Shown piece after piece: positions 38,390 to 49,716 of a DNA stretch of 64,000 nt. The notes below the pieces were generated by a model. That model had not been told where the DNA came from, did not search any database, and saw only the letters and a program-made list of their open reading frames with translations. Made by a program: the position numbers and the translations under genes. The stretch comes from Hemiscyllium ocellatum (lineage: Eukaryota), in NCBI RefSeq assembly GCF_020745735.1, contig NC_083410.1:46536117-46600116 (forward strand). The letters are read 5' to 3'. How positions within the stretch are numbered: position 1 is the stretch's first letter; each line of letters starts with the position of its first letter.

Positions 38390-38642
38390 GACAGTCTATT
38401 GCAAAGTAGCTCTTGTCTTAAACAAGATCAGTTTATTGTATGACAGCAATCAGGTAGAAGTTACATTGGTAGAGACAGATTTTATTCAAAGATAATGACA
38501 AAGCATTACATGGCTACCTGTCTCCTTTGAAATCCAGTATTTTTCTGCCTTTCCCCAACCAAGTCCTTATGACATCATCAGATGAGGTGGAGCTTAATGC
38601 TGACTTCAGCATTTACCCTTTCAGAACCAATAACTTACACAA
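38390..38642 (-). mobile_element. Solo Gypsy LTR remnant
   Basis: Homologous to 11965-12000 and 12314-12501 (tgtcttaaacaagat, tatgacatcatcagat, ctttcagaacca). Confidence 0.6.
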
Positions 38643-39009
38643 TAGATATAACTCCTTGTTTTCATATGAAAGATCAGCATTTTTCAGAAAGTATCTGCTA
38701 TTTTTCTAAGTGGCTGGTCATCTTTTGATTGTTCTCTAATTTGGTAATGATGGAACTGTAACATGCAAGTTTGTATCTGAGATTAGTCCCCACAAACCTA
38801 CATCCAGAACCTCAACCTGAGCTCCAAATCTTCTCAAAACACATTATTCCCCACTGTCTTACAATGGTGGCTACATCTGTGCAGATGTTAGGTACCGAAA
38901 CTTTTGTAATCTGCTTCAAAAACTCTGAGTGAGTTACTTAAATCTCAGTCACAACGGTCCATGTATACCTTTCACTATAACCCTTCTATTCGTTAACCAT
39001 AATGAGGTG

Positions 39010-39740
39010 TGATTTGGAGGTGCCAGTGTAGGACTGGGGTGGACAAAGTTAAAATTTACACAACACCAGGTTATAGTCCAACAGGTTTATTTGAAAGCAC
39101 TAGCTTTCGGAGTGTTGCTCCTTCGTCAGGTGGTTGTGAAGTATAAGAGCGTAAGACAGAATTTATACCTAAAGTTTACAGTGTGATGAAACTGAATTAT
39201 ATATTGAAAAACACGTGGATTGTTTGTTAAGTCTCTCATCCTTTAGAATGAACATGTTGGTTTCAGTTTTTTCATATGTAAATTGCAGAACTTTTTTAAA
39301 AGTTACATTCTCAAGTGAACTTTAACAATTAGTGTCATGTCAGCCCAAATAATGCATTTAAGGTGTGAGGTGTCCTGTGTGAGGCTGTCTGTGCCACAAG
39401 TGTTCAGATTGATTCTAATCTAATAAACTGATTTATAGAATCATACATGGATTCATGCAGTTTTTGAACAAAATAAAATGTAATTCTACAAGTACAAATT
39501 CACCCCACAAATTTATGTCTGTGCGTGTATGTGGGTGTGCGTGGGTGTGGGGGGGGGTGCAGTTATGAGTGTCTCTGAGAGAGTGTGTGAAAGTATGTGA
39601 GTGTGAGTGTAAAGGGGTATAAGTCTGTGAGAGGGTGCGTGTGAGGTGGGAGTGTATGTGTGAGTGTATGAGAGAGCTTGTGTCTGAGAGATCATCTATG
39701 TGAGTGTATTGGTCTGTAGGAGTGTATGTGTGTCTGTAGG
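39010..39740 (-). mobile_element. PLE family B 3' UTR / pseudo-LTR with intact hammerhead
   Basis: Shares terminus with 46828-46940 and 1-108; TG-rich low-complexity tract 39520-39740. Confidence 0.85.
39098..39132 (-). ncRNA. Minimal type I hammerhead ribozyme (family B)
   Basis: CAC-CUGACGA-A-GGAG(caaca)CUCC-GAAAG-CUA-GUG; stem I CAC/GUG. Confidence 0.75.
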
Positions 39741-40186
39741 AAGTGGTTGGCTTGCCTCTCCATTTCACCACAATTCTGATTATTAGAAATAATTGATATG
39801 AGGATCAATTTTCAGCCTTCCTTCATGTCATTCTGCTTGATGGTACTCCAATGCATTATTCTATCCTTTTCCTAAATAGTAAGAATAATAACAATAGAAA
39901 ACATACATGTAAGCAGTAAATGTAGCATTTTAGCATTTCTTTTTACATATTATGATTAACTACACAGTTTGAAAAGAGTATTTATTTTTATTAGCTGTAT
40001 AATTGATGCAAATTTATACATATATATAGTTTTCATTAGCTATCAAATACAAATACCCGAATCACAAAAAAAATCAAAGTTTTTAAGGTAATATTTGACC
40101 TCCAGTGACGCTTTGTTTAGGTTAATAGTGCATCTAAAATTCACACGCAGTTACCTCCGACGGTCAGTACTGTGATTACCGAGACT

Positions 40187-40200
40187 GTTTCTATGGTAAC
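40187..40200. promoter_or_regulatory. RFX X-box motif
   Basis: GTTTCTATGGTAAC fits the X-box consensus GTTNCNATGGNAAC; lies in unique DNA with retained CpGs. Confidence 0.45.
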
Positions 40201-40879
40201 AATTTAAGCTGTCCTAAAAGCTATAGTTCTGTGTTATGTTCACTACCCATCAGTCTTGATACCACAAAGCTCTTAGAAAATATGACATTGTTACACAAAC
40301 TCAGCACAGTAATTTATCTGTTACAATTTCACAACAGATATCGAACTGGACAGTTTCAAAAAGTGCAATGATTTCTTTGTGAAAATGGCAAATTTCAAAA
40401 TATCTTTATTTGCAATAACTGTAGTATATTCATGTATACTTCTCCAAGTTAATGCTGTATTGACAGTGTAAGTGCTTTAACATTGGTTTTGCACCTCCAA
40501 CAGGAGTGTGATCTGCTAAGCTGACACATTAAGAACAGTCGCATGGGCAAAAGGACAAAGTCCTGCAGGGGCTGATGGAACCATTCTGCAGTAGGCATTA
40601 CTACAGTTTAAGGGACCTAAAGATAAAATCAGAGTAAATATAATAATAAAAGTCATATGAAATTATGCAATTTTAATTGTTTATATATAATTTGGCTCCT
40701 TAAGCAATTTTATTAATCAAAGACTCATTAACCTGCCAAATTATTAGATACTTCCAACATGGATCCAGGCATTTAAACTCAACCAATGGTAGGACCATCA
40801 TGTTATTGAAAATTAAATCAACTGTTGCATGTGCTGCAATGCCAACAATTACCATCTTGTGTTTTGGGTGCTCTGCTGC

Positions 40880-40960
40880 CACACACACTCATAAATTTGG
40901 TGGGGTGAATGTTTACTTGTAGAATTACTTTTTATTTTGTTCAAAAACTGCATGAATTCT
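40880..40960 (+). mobile_element. Small PLE family B 3' UTR fragment
   Basis: ataaatt..gtggggtgaat...gaattac.ttttattttgttcaaaaactgcatgaat matches 16372-16440. Confidence 0.7.
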
Positions 40961-40979
40961 CTTTGCCTAATTGAGTCTA

Positions 40980-41050
40980 AATCTACTGAGTTCACAGTGG
41001 TGAAGGAAAACCACTTATATATCTTAATGAGACTAGGCTCTTGTCTTAAA
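40980..41050 (-). mobile_element. Gypsy LTR remnant
   Basis: agtggtg..ggaaaaccact...atcttaa.gaga..aggc..ttgtct matches 11915-11985. Confidence 0.6.
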
Positions 41051-41560
41051 CATTATAGCTTCCAGACTAGTCACTAAGTCATAAATTGAACAAATACATG
41101 TACTATTGAATGCAATTGGACCCACAGTTCATGAAGTTATAGTTCATCAAGGCATTAAAGAAGACACAGATACTTCTAATGAATCTCTCCAAGCTTTTGA
41201 CAATTACTTTAATCTGAGAACAAATAGCATCCTTGAAACAGGAAGATTTAACAGGAGAGTGAAGCATCCAGGGAATCCGCGAAGTTTTCTTAATTAGCTC
41301 TGTAGACTAGAGGAAAAATGAGACTATGGAGCTTTGCAATCAAAATTTCTGATACAGAATTAATGTCAGAATTACTGATGAGTCTTTATCAAATTAAATA
41401 TAGTACAAAGATTTGACTTTGGAGAAAGCCTGTCCTAGAAGCAGAAAGGGATGTCCTGAGGGGAGAATTACAACCTTATCTCAGGAGAGCAACAAAATTT
41501 ATTAGTTAATTTGGTATAAAAATTCTAAAGACATGGAATGAACAATGTTGGCTGGAGAGC
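41051..41560 (+). mobile_element. Gypsy gag fragment
   Basis: IASRLVTKS*IEQIHVLLNAIG...FDNYFNLRTNSILETGRFNRRV...DYGAL...DLTLEKA. Confidence 0.8.
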
Positions 41561-41564
41561 AGAG

Positions 41565-42820
41565 CTATGAAAGATCTGTATCTATATCTTATAACTGTTT
41601 ATCTAGGAATGTCCAAACTTGTGTATCGTTTGGCCCAACTCAGCAATGACAACTCAGCCAGGCAACATTATTTCTCCTGCAATTTCTTTAAAGGATATTT
41701 TAAAAATATTCTCAATGTTGTGCTATTTGTATTCCCAAGTACATTCTTAGTTCTTCAATACAGAAATGTCTTCAAACTTTAAATTCTGAAATATAAAAAT
41801 GTTGCTTTTCAGTACTCTTTACTTGGAATGGTCTCTTCCTTTTGCAGTCAAAATGTACATTTCCTGCCTCCTGCAGTCAAAAAGTTTTCTGGTCTTATCA
41901 CAGACAAAATGGATGGTTTCTCACCTTTCAGCGCCTCATAAACAATGCACATCCTTTTCCACAACTGTCCCAAATAAAGCCTGGTATTGCAGCCTTAATC
42001 CTTTTTTCCTAACCTGACCACAGTTTAAATTAAGCCCTCCACCTCTATTCTTATTGCAGCTTCAATAATCTTATTTAAACTGTCCCTTTGTCACTTTAAT
42101 TCTGGCTTTGCATTGCTATCAGTGCTACAATCACAGTTAAATAATTTCTACATCCTTGATTTTCCTGCTGTAACTGCTCCTCATGGCGCCGGCTCAGTAT
42201 CCCATAGTTGTGGTCTATAAGTAATCCCTTTGATCTAGCCTGCTCAGCCCATTTGCAATATTAAAGTTTTTCTCTTGCCCAACAAGGAATTTAACTTTAT
42301 ACAAATGTGTCCAATGCAAGTTTGTTTTCCCAACTGAACCTCTGATCTGGACTACTCCTACAGATCCTCACTGCCAGTTGGAATCTGTAACTGACAGGTG
42401 TCACCTGTTTCCAGCTGACACTTGCATTCCATGCTTCTTACCAAATCAGAAATAAAAGGCTTTACTATTGAAGGCTACTTGCTGATCTTTCCAAGAATAT
42501 ATCTGCAGGCTGTTAGAATTTTTTCAGGTTCTGCAGATGCAGGTTGTCTGTGTGATTAGTTCTTAAAGCTGAAACATCTTTGAAGATGTAAATGTCCACT
42601 ATTCCTCCTGTGTTTACTGTAATTGTCTGTTCTTAGGTCCACTGGATTGCTTATTGTTGTTGTTGTGGTAGAAAATGATGCACAGCACTGGCACCATTTA
42701 GTGAAATGTCAACTACTATTCACTAATTTCTCCTTTTCTTAACAGGATCCAAGGACCTACTTGGTTAGGAGTGATACAGAACAGCGAGCCTTTACGAAAA
42801 GAAGCTGTTATCTTAAACAG
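41565..42820 (-). mobile_element. Gypsy leader and gag N-terminus (same family as 10526-12501)
   Basis: Colinear similarity to 10560-11900; KLQEK..LPG on minus strand; LTR-like tcttaaacag at 42811. Confidence 0.6.
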
Positions 42821-42823
42821 ACA

Positions 42824-42978
42824 GAGTCATAGAGGTATATAGCACAGAAACAGGCCCTTTGGCCCAAATCATCCAAGCTGACCAGATTTCCTAAACTGAA
42901 TGAGTCCTATTTGCCTTTGTTTAGCCCATAATCCTCTAAACCTTTCCTATCCACCTTCCTATCCAAATGTTTTTAAAA
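42824..42978 (-). mobile_element. CR1 (HER1-type) 3' tail fragment
   Basis: agagtcatagag...gaaacaggcccttt tail as at 5938 and 20668. Confidence 0.8.
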
Positions 42979-42979
42979 A

Positions 42980-43135
42980 TCTGATGCAGACTGGACATTG
43001 ATACTGCAATCATCCACAAACTGTCATTTATTTCAATGGTGGTCAGCTTAATTTTGGTATGGAGACAAATGAGGTTAAATAATTTTCCATCTAGGAGATA
43101 TCTAATAAACTCAACAGTGGAAGTCTTCACTGCAC
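42980..43135 (-). mobile_element. RTE-clade LINE RT fragment
   Basis: IRYLLDGKLFNLICLHTKIKLTTIEI..(F)VDDC matches RTE YR.DG.LFNL.RL.AKTK...LFADDC. Confidence 0.75.
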
Positions 43136-43144
43136 TTCAGAGGG

Positions 43145-43415
43145 GGCTCTAGAGTAGAGGACCAAAGATAAAACTTACATTTCAAGAGATTTAGAACAAA
43201 GAATAGAATAGTGGAATAGGAGAAACATTTTTACAAAGAGTTGTGAATCTATGGGAATCACCCCCAGGATTAGTGGCAACTTCAGAAAGCATTTCAACAT
43301 TCATTCTTAATGAAGGGTCATGAGAAAAGAGCAGGTTATTATGGACTTTTTTAAACGAGGATAAATACTGTTGCGGAATGATTAGACAATAAGGTTGCTT
43401 CAGTGCTGTATATTG
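43145..43415 (+). mobile_element. Very old CR1 3' fragment
   Basis: NRRNIFTKSCESM-like FFTQRVVNLW region. Confidence 0.45.
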
Positions 43416-43519
43416 ATATTGGTGTTTTCCTCCACGTGAATATTAATCCTATTTTCTCTCCACAGATACTGCCTGCAGCGTGAGTATTTCCAATATTTTC
43501 TAATGTTATTCCTATATAC

Positions 43520-44130
43520 ATGTCCGGTCTGAATGTCCCTTAATCCAGCTTTCCCTCCCCTCACCATACCCTTAGTTGAGATGTTATATTCTCAGATCTT
43601 TTGCCGCTCCTCGGTCTAATTTAATAGTAAAAACAAAAAAGTATCTAATTTCTCTTTGGGAGCCAAGTTTCTGCCGGCGCTTCTGGACAGGTCACGATGG
43701 TGCTTCGGGGACAAGTCCAAAATCGGCGGCCACTCTCTGCTCCTATCGCCAACTGCGGTCCTACAGGTTGGAAGGTGTTGGAGTGAAGTTTAAGTATCAG
43801 TGTTAGAATAAATGACCCAATACTTTCTGATAGGTTCTGTCTATGTTTCATTACATTGATTTACAATAACTTTGCGCAATGTGAATATTTGCGTTCGGTA
43901 ACCAGACGATCAATGACAACTCGGCGTTGACATGGTGATGAACACGACATCTAATAGAATTCCAGCCCACAGCACTTTTTAATTGGTCAAATGTCAAGAG
44001 CGCCCCACAGTAACCTGTATCTGATTGGTTATTTCCACTGTCCATATACAATCCTGCTGTAACATGATGCCAGCAGCGGGGAAGGGTACAAATCCTCACT
44101 GTGAGAAAATAACATCAACTCAAAAGGGTA
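43520..44130. promoter_or_regulatory. CpG-retaining promoter-like region
   Basis: Unique sequence with dense CpG relative to flanks; C/EBP palindrome TTGCGCAA at 43872-43879; two ATTGG (reverse CCAAT) at ~43982 and ~44024; donor AAGG|GTAAGA at 44127/44128. Confidence 0.45.
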
Positions 44131-44789
44131 AGAGAAACAATATTCACTTTTAAACGTGAGTTAATTTGCAACATTTTGCTCAGTATAATGCAACATTGAG
44201 AATTAATAATTGATAAAGTTCAGATGTGAAGGATTGTTTTCACAATCAAGTTTATAACGGAACTGCAACTTTGAAGTTCTCATAATTTTAAAAACCTGGA
44301 TTTATTCAGCATCAGCTCCAGAAATTCAGTACTGTAAAAACATTTCCTAACAATAAACTTTATTTTGATTTATAGGTTTACCATATTACCATATCCATTA
44401 GCCGACATTATAAAAAAAAACGTGGGCAGAGGGAGATTTCTTAAAATAATATTTTAAGTCACGCGAGAGTGTGTTATGTAGCATCAAGTGCATCGATGTT
44501 CTTATTTGTTGCGTGTTTCCACAGAACAGCCTCATTAGTGCGCAGCACAAAACACAGGACACACCATCGTTTGTACCAGCTTTCTGCTAAAATGATTCAA
44601 AACTAATCCATCTCTTTCCATCCGTGTAATATCTTCCATTACTTTACATAGCGAATTTTCCATAAGAAGAAGCAATGTCCTCATTTGGTTTAGCAAATGA
44701 TGTTATGGTCCAGTCAAACCTCCAATATAAAGATTGTTTCTATTATTTTTAGTGACAAATTTCAATTGATGAACCCCTTAACACTAACT

Positions 44790-45130
44790 CCTCAAATAAT
44801 GGAAATGTTCTGTACCTGTCTCCTCCTTCCACAATCTTGTGTCTTCATTAAGCCTTTAAACATTTTCTTTACTGTTGGTGAACCTTTTGAGATGATGGTC
44901 CAAATACAAAAGGTCAGATTATTAATGAATAATGTTTGGGATTGTGAACCATGGTTTCCCCTGTGGTACAGCACTTCCAACCTCTCTCCAGATGAGCAAT
45001 ATTTATCCCAACTTTTATTTTTGTATTGGTCAAGCAACTTTATTTATCCAAGCTCTATTTTTTTCTCATTACAAGTAGTAGTGATTTTCAAGAAGGTAGG
45101 TGGACATAAACAGGTGATATTTGGTCATGC
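44790..45130 (-). mobile_element. Extremely decayed CR1 RT fragment
   Basis: Minus strand gtaccacagggg...ttattcattaataatctgac resembles VPQG...FINDL. Confidence 0.45.
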
Positions 45131-46827
45131 CCTGTTGTTTCGATCAGATGTAGTGAATGTCTTCTGATATGGAAATCGTGAACACTACTTCTCTTGCAAG
45201 ATTTCACCGGAGAACATCCCTGCCTCCATTTGCTTACCAGATCATGTAGACAGCACCCCGAAATAGGCAATTTTGTTTAGGAAGCTTCAGGCCTGTAACT
45301 ACTTAATCAAATCTGACCAAACAAATCTATTTACATAGATCACCTTATTTCAGAAGAATGCCTTAGTTATAATCAGCAATCCTATCTTTTTAAAATGAAT
45401 GTTTTCTAAAAAAAAAGTTTATTTTGTTTCAAGATATAATAAAACACCAGTGATTAATTTCTGGAGGGATGCGCGTGATTATCTCCCATTAAATTGGCCA
45501 AAAGCTTTGAGCTTTGAGAAGCATTCTTCAAATTTGTGCTATCAGCTTTAACAATAATAAATAGGAAATTCTGGGAGGTACAATGTGTGAGGCCAGCTTC
45601 CCACCGGTTTGTTGCTGTACTGTTAAAATGGATCAATTCTTCCTTTCAAGACCCAGAAATGCTTGACTCAAAGAGAATGTAAATCTGACCATGCCACCTG
45701 TTCCTTTCTCTACAGTTTCTATTCTGTTTCAAGCTGAAATAACAATAGAAAATTACCTGTAGCTGGGGTCACCACAGCATTCCTGCAATTTAAAATTATT
45801 TTAATTTTGTTCATATTATTGAGTGCCCTTTTTTGTAAATATTTTTATTGAGGAAAAGATTTTGAACTTTTTACAAAATTAGAAAATTACTACAAAAGAG
45901 CATAACAATCTTATGCTATTAACAACAATAACAATAAACAAAAAACAACTTTACTCTACAAACAATTTAGAAGAAAAAAAACTACACAAACTACAATTCA
46001 ATAAATAACTAAATCCAACAAAAACTAAATTAAACCAAATTGAACCAAGGCAAATTAAATTAAGTTACAACACTCGGCGCAATCCCACCAAAGCTCCCCA
46101 CCACTGGGAGCTTCAGTTGGCATATACACATTTGTTCAAAATTCTTTTTCTCAGGGTTCCCGGCCCAGCAGATGCAACCCTCGTGGCTACACAAAGGTCC
46201 TGAGCAATATAGCCGACAAGACTGCATCTATATAGTTCAAAAAGGGCTGCCACATCCTATAAAAGAGTTCCATTTTCTGGTGCACCATTCTAGTAAGGAA
46301 GTCCAGGGGGATGTGCTCCATAACTAACCTATGCCACCCTGAGAGTCTTGGGGAATTTTCCGACATCAAGCTCATCAGGATGCTCTTCATTGCACAAAAT
46401 GACAGAATATTAAACAGTTTCTTCCCAAGTGCATCCAAAGAGGGAAGATTTGGCAAACCCAAGATGAGGCACCCCGGATCTACCTTGACCTCAGTTCCTA
46501 AGACCCCTTCCAAAACATTCATGATCGCGCCCCAATACCTATGAGGCTTGTGGCATGACCACAAACAATGAGCAAGAGTGCCAATATCTATTTTACATTT
46601 GGGGCAAATTGGGGGCGCTCCTGTCTTAAATTTTGCAAGCCGCTTCAGTGCCAAATAACCCCTATGGAGTGCCATCAGTTGCCTAGCCTGTGTCCTGTTG
46701 CAAATCAAAATCTTCCTTAAGTTCTCCCACATATCCTCCCACGCCTCTGACGAGATCTCCAGCCCCCATTCTTGAGTCCAAATTCTGCACAGCCACTCAA
46801 TGTCCTTCGAAACACTACCTCCTAATA

Positions 46828-46985
46828 AATGATTTGGAGATGCCGGTGTTGGACTGGGGTGTACAAAGTTAAAAATCACACAACACCAGGTTATATCCAA
46901 CAGGTTTAATTGGATGCACACTAGCTTTTGGAGCATTGCTCCGAAAGCTAGTGTGCTTCCAATTAAACCTGTTGGACTGTATCCG
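46828..46985. mobile_element. PLE family B fold-back (palindromic) insertion
   Basis: Arms ~46896-46935 and ~46939-46977 inverted around the hammerhead stem II loop; flanking repeat AATAAATGAT (46824-46833, 46986-46995). Confidence 0.88.
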
Positions 46986-47136
46986 AATAAATGATAGAGG
47001 GTGCTAACTGAGAGAGTACCGGTGGACTGAAGTACTCTCCTAGTGAAAAGTGAGGTCTGCAGATGCTGGAGATCAGAGCTGAAAATGTGTTGCTGGTTAA
47101 AGCGCAGCAGGTCAGGCAGCATCCAAGGAACAGGAA

Positions 47137-47172
47137 ACTCGACGTTTCGGACAAAAGCCCTTCATCAGGAAT
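47137..47172 (-). ncRNA. Minimal type I hammerhead ribozyme (family A)
   Basis: AUUC-CUGAUGA-A-GGGC-UUUU-GUCC-GAAAC-GUC-GAGU (one G-U in stem II). Confidence 0.75.
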
Positions 47173-49680
47173 GAGGAAAGTGTGTCCAGCAGGCTAAGAT
47201 AAAAGGTAGGGAGGGGCGATGGAGATGTGATAGGAACCCGCCCCCACTCCCAGCTCCAGTCCCACATGAGGTCTTAGCTCCCAGCCTTGCCGGATCTTCA
47301 CCATCCCTCCAGATCTCCCCCTCTCTGAGGATGAAAGATCAGTCCTCAGCAGGGGCCTCACCTTCATTCCCCTACGCCCTCAGATTAATGAGTTCAACAC
47401 ACAGCGAGATATTGAACAATTCTTCCGCCGCCTTCGCCTCCGTGCCTACTTTTACAACCAAGACTCCCGACCACCCTCTGACGACCCCTTCTCCCACCTC
47501 CAACACACCCCATCCACCTGGACACCCCGTGCTGGCCTCTTACCCGCCCTCGATCTATGCCGCCGCGACATTAACTGACTCAATCTGTACACCCCTCTTA
47601 CCCACTCCAACCTCTCACCCTCAGAACGTGCAGCCCTCCACTCCCTCTGCTCCAACCCCAACCTCACCATCAAACCGGCAGACAAGGGAGGTGCAGTAGT
47701 AGTTTGGCGCACCGACCTTTATACCGCTGACGCCAAACGCCAGCTCGCGGATGCCTCCTCCTATTGCCCCCTTGACCATGACCCCACCTCCCACCACCAA
47801 ATCATCATCTCCGAGACCATCCATAACCTCGTCACCTCAGGGGATCTCCCATCCACCGCCTCCAATCTCACCGTCCCACAACCCTGCACCGCCCGTTTCT
47901 ACCTCCTGCCCAAAATCCACAAACCTGACTGCCCCGGCCGACCCATTGTCTCAGCCTGCTCCTGCCCCACCGAACTCATCTCCGCGTATCTCGACACGGT
48001 TCTGTCCCCCTTAGTCCAAGAACTCCCCACCTACGTTCGGGACACCACCCACACCCTCCACCTCCTCCATGATTTTCGCTTCCCCGGTCCCCAACGCCTT
48101 ATCTTCACGTTGGACATCCAGTCCCTGTACACCTTCATCCCCCATCACGAAGGACTCAAAGCCCTCCGTTTCTTCCTTTCCCACCGTACCAACCAGTACC
48201 CTTCCACTGACACCCTCCTTCGACTGACTGAACTGGTCCTCACCCTGAACAACTTCTCTTTCCAATTCTCCCACTTCCTCCAAACTAAAAGAGTTGCCAT
48301 GGGCACCCGCATGGGCCCCAGCTATGCCTGTCTCTTCGTAGGATATGTGAAACAGTCCATTTTTCGCAACTACACTGGCACCACCCCCCCACCTTTTCCT
48401 CCACTACATCGATGACTGTATTGGCGCTGCCTCGTGCTCCCACGAAGAGGTTGAACAGTTCATCAACTTTACCAACACCTTCCATCCTGACCTCAAATTC
48501 ACCTGGACTGTCTCAGACTCCTCCCTCCCCTTCCTAGACCTTGCCATTTCTATCTCGGGCGACCGAATCAACACAGACATCTACTATAAACCGACTGACT
48601 CCCACAGCTACCTAGACTACACCTCCTCCCACCCTGCCCCCTGTAAAAACGCCATCCCATATTCCCAATTCCTTCGTCTCCGCCGCATCTGCTCCCAGGA
48701 GGACCAGTTCCAATACCGTACAGCCCAGATGGCCTCCTTCTTCAAAGACCGCAGATTCCCCCCAGTCGTGATCGACGATGCCCTCCACTGCATCTCCTCC
48801 ACTTCCTGCTCCTCCGCCGTTGAGCCCCCCCCCCCCCCCCAACCGCCACCAGGACAGAACCCCACTGGTTCTCACCTACCACCCCACCAACCTCTGTATA
48901 CAGCATATCATCCGCCGTCATTTCCGCCACCTCCAAACGGACTCCACCACCAGGGATATATTTCCCTCCCCTCCCCTTTCACGTTCCACAAAGACCATTC
49001 CCTTCGTGACTCCCTCATCAGGTCCACACCCCCCACCAACCCAACCTCCACTCCCGGCACCTTCCCCTGCAACCGCAGGAAATGCAAAACTTGCGCCCAC
49101 CCCTCCTCCCTTACCTCTCTCAAAGGCCCCAAGGGATCCTTCCATATCCGCCACAAATTCACCTGCACCTCCACACACATCATCTATTGCATCCGCTGCA
49201 CCCGATGTGGCCTCCTCTAACTTGGCGAGACGGGCCGCCTACTTGCGGAATGCTTCAGAGAACACCTCTGGGACACCCGGACCAACCAACCCAATCACCC
49301 CGTGGCTCAACACTTTAACTCTCCCTCCCACTCCACCAAGGACATGCAGGTCCTTGGACTCCTCCATCGCCAGAACATAACAACACGACGGTTGGAGGAA
49401 GAGCGCCTCATCTTCCGCCTGGGAACCCTCCAACCACAAGGGATGAACTCAGATTTCTCCAGTTTCCTCATTTCCCCTCCCTCCACCTTGTCTCAGTCGA
49501 TTCCCTCGAACTCAGCACCGCCCTCCTAACCTGCAATTTTCTTCCTAACCTCTCCGCCCCCACCCCACTCCGGCCTATCACCCTCACCTTGACCTCCTTC
49601 CACCTATCACATCTCCATTGCCCCTCCCCCAAGTCCCTCCTCCCTACCTTTTATCTTAGCCTGCTGGATACACTTTCCTC

Positions 49681-49716
49681 ATTCCTGATGAAGGGCTTTT
49701 GCCCGAAACGTCGAGT
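49681..49716 (+). ncRNA. Minimal type I hammerhead ribozyme (family A)
   Basis: AUUC-CUGAUGA-A-GGGC-UUUU-GCCC-GAAAC-GUC-GAGU; stem I AUUC/GAGU; predicted cut after 49712. Confidence 0.8.

Noticed and set aside
44697-45167. 156-aa plus-strand ORF
   Set aside because: Antisense to a decayed CR1 RT fragment; no recognisable domain
46187-47122. 311-aa minus-strand ORF, the longest in the track
   Set aside because: Chimera of PLE-A terminus, L1, the PLE-B hairpin and the L1 ORF2 C-terminus; fully explained by nested insertions, with no evidence of being a gene
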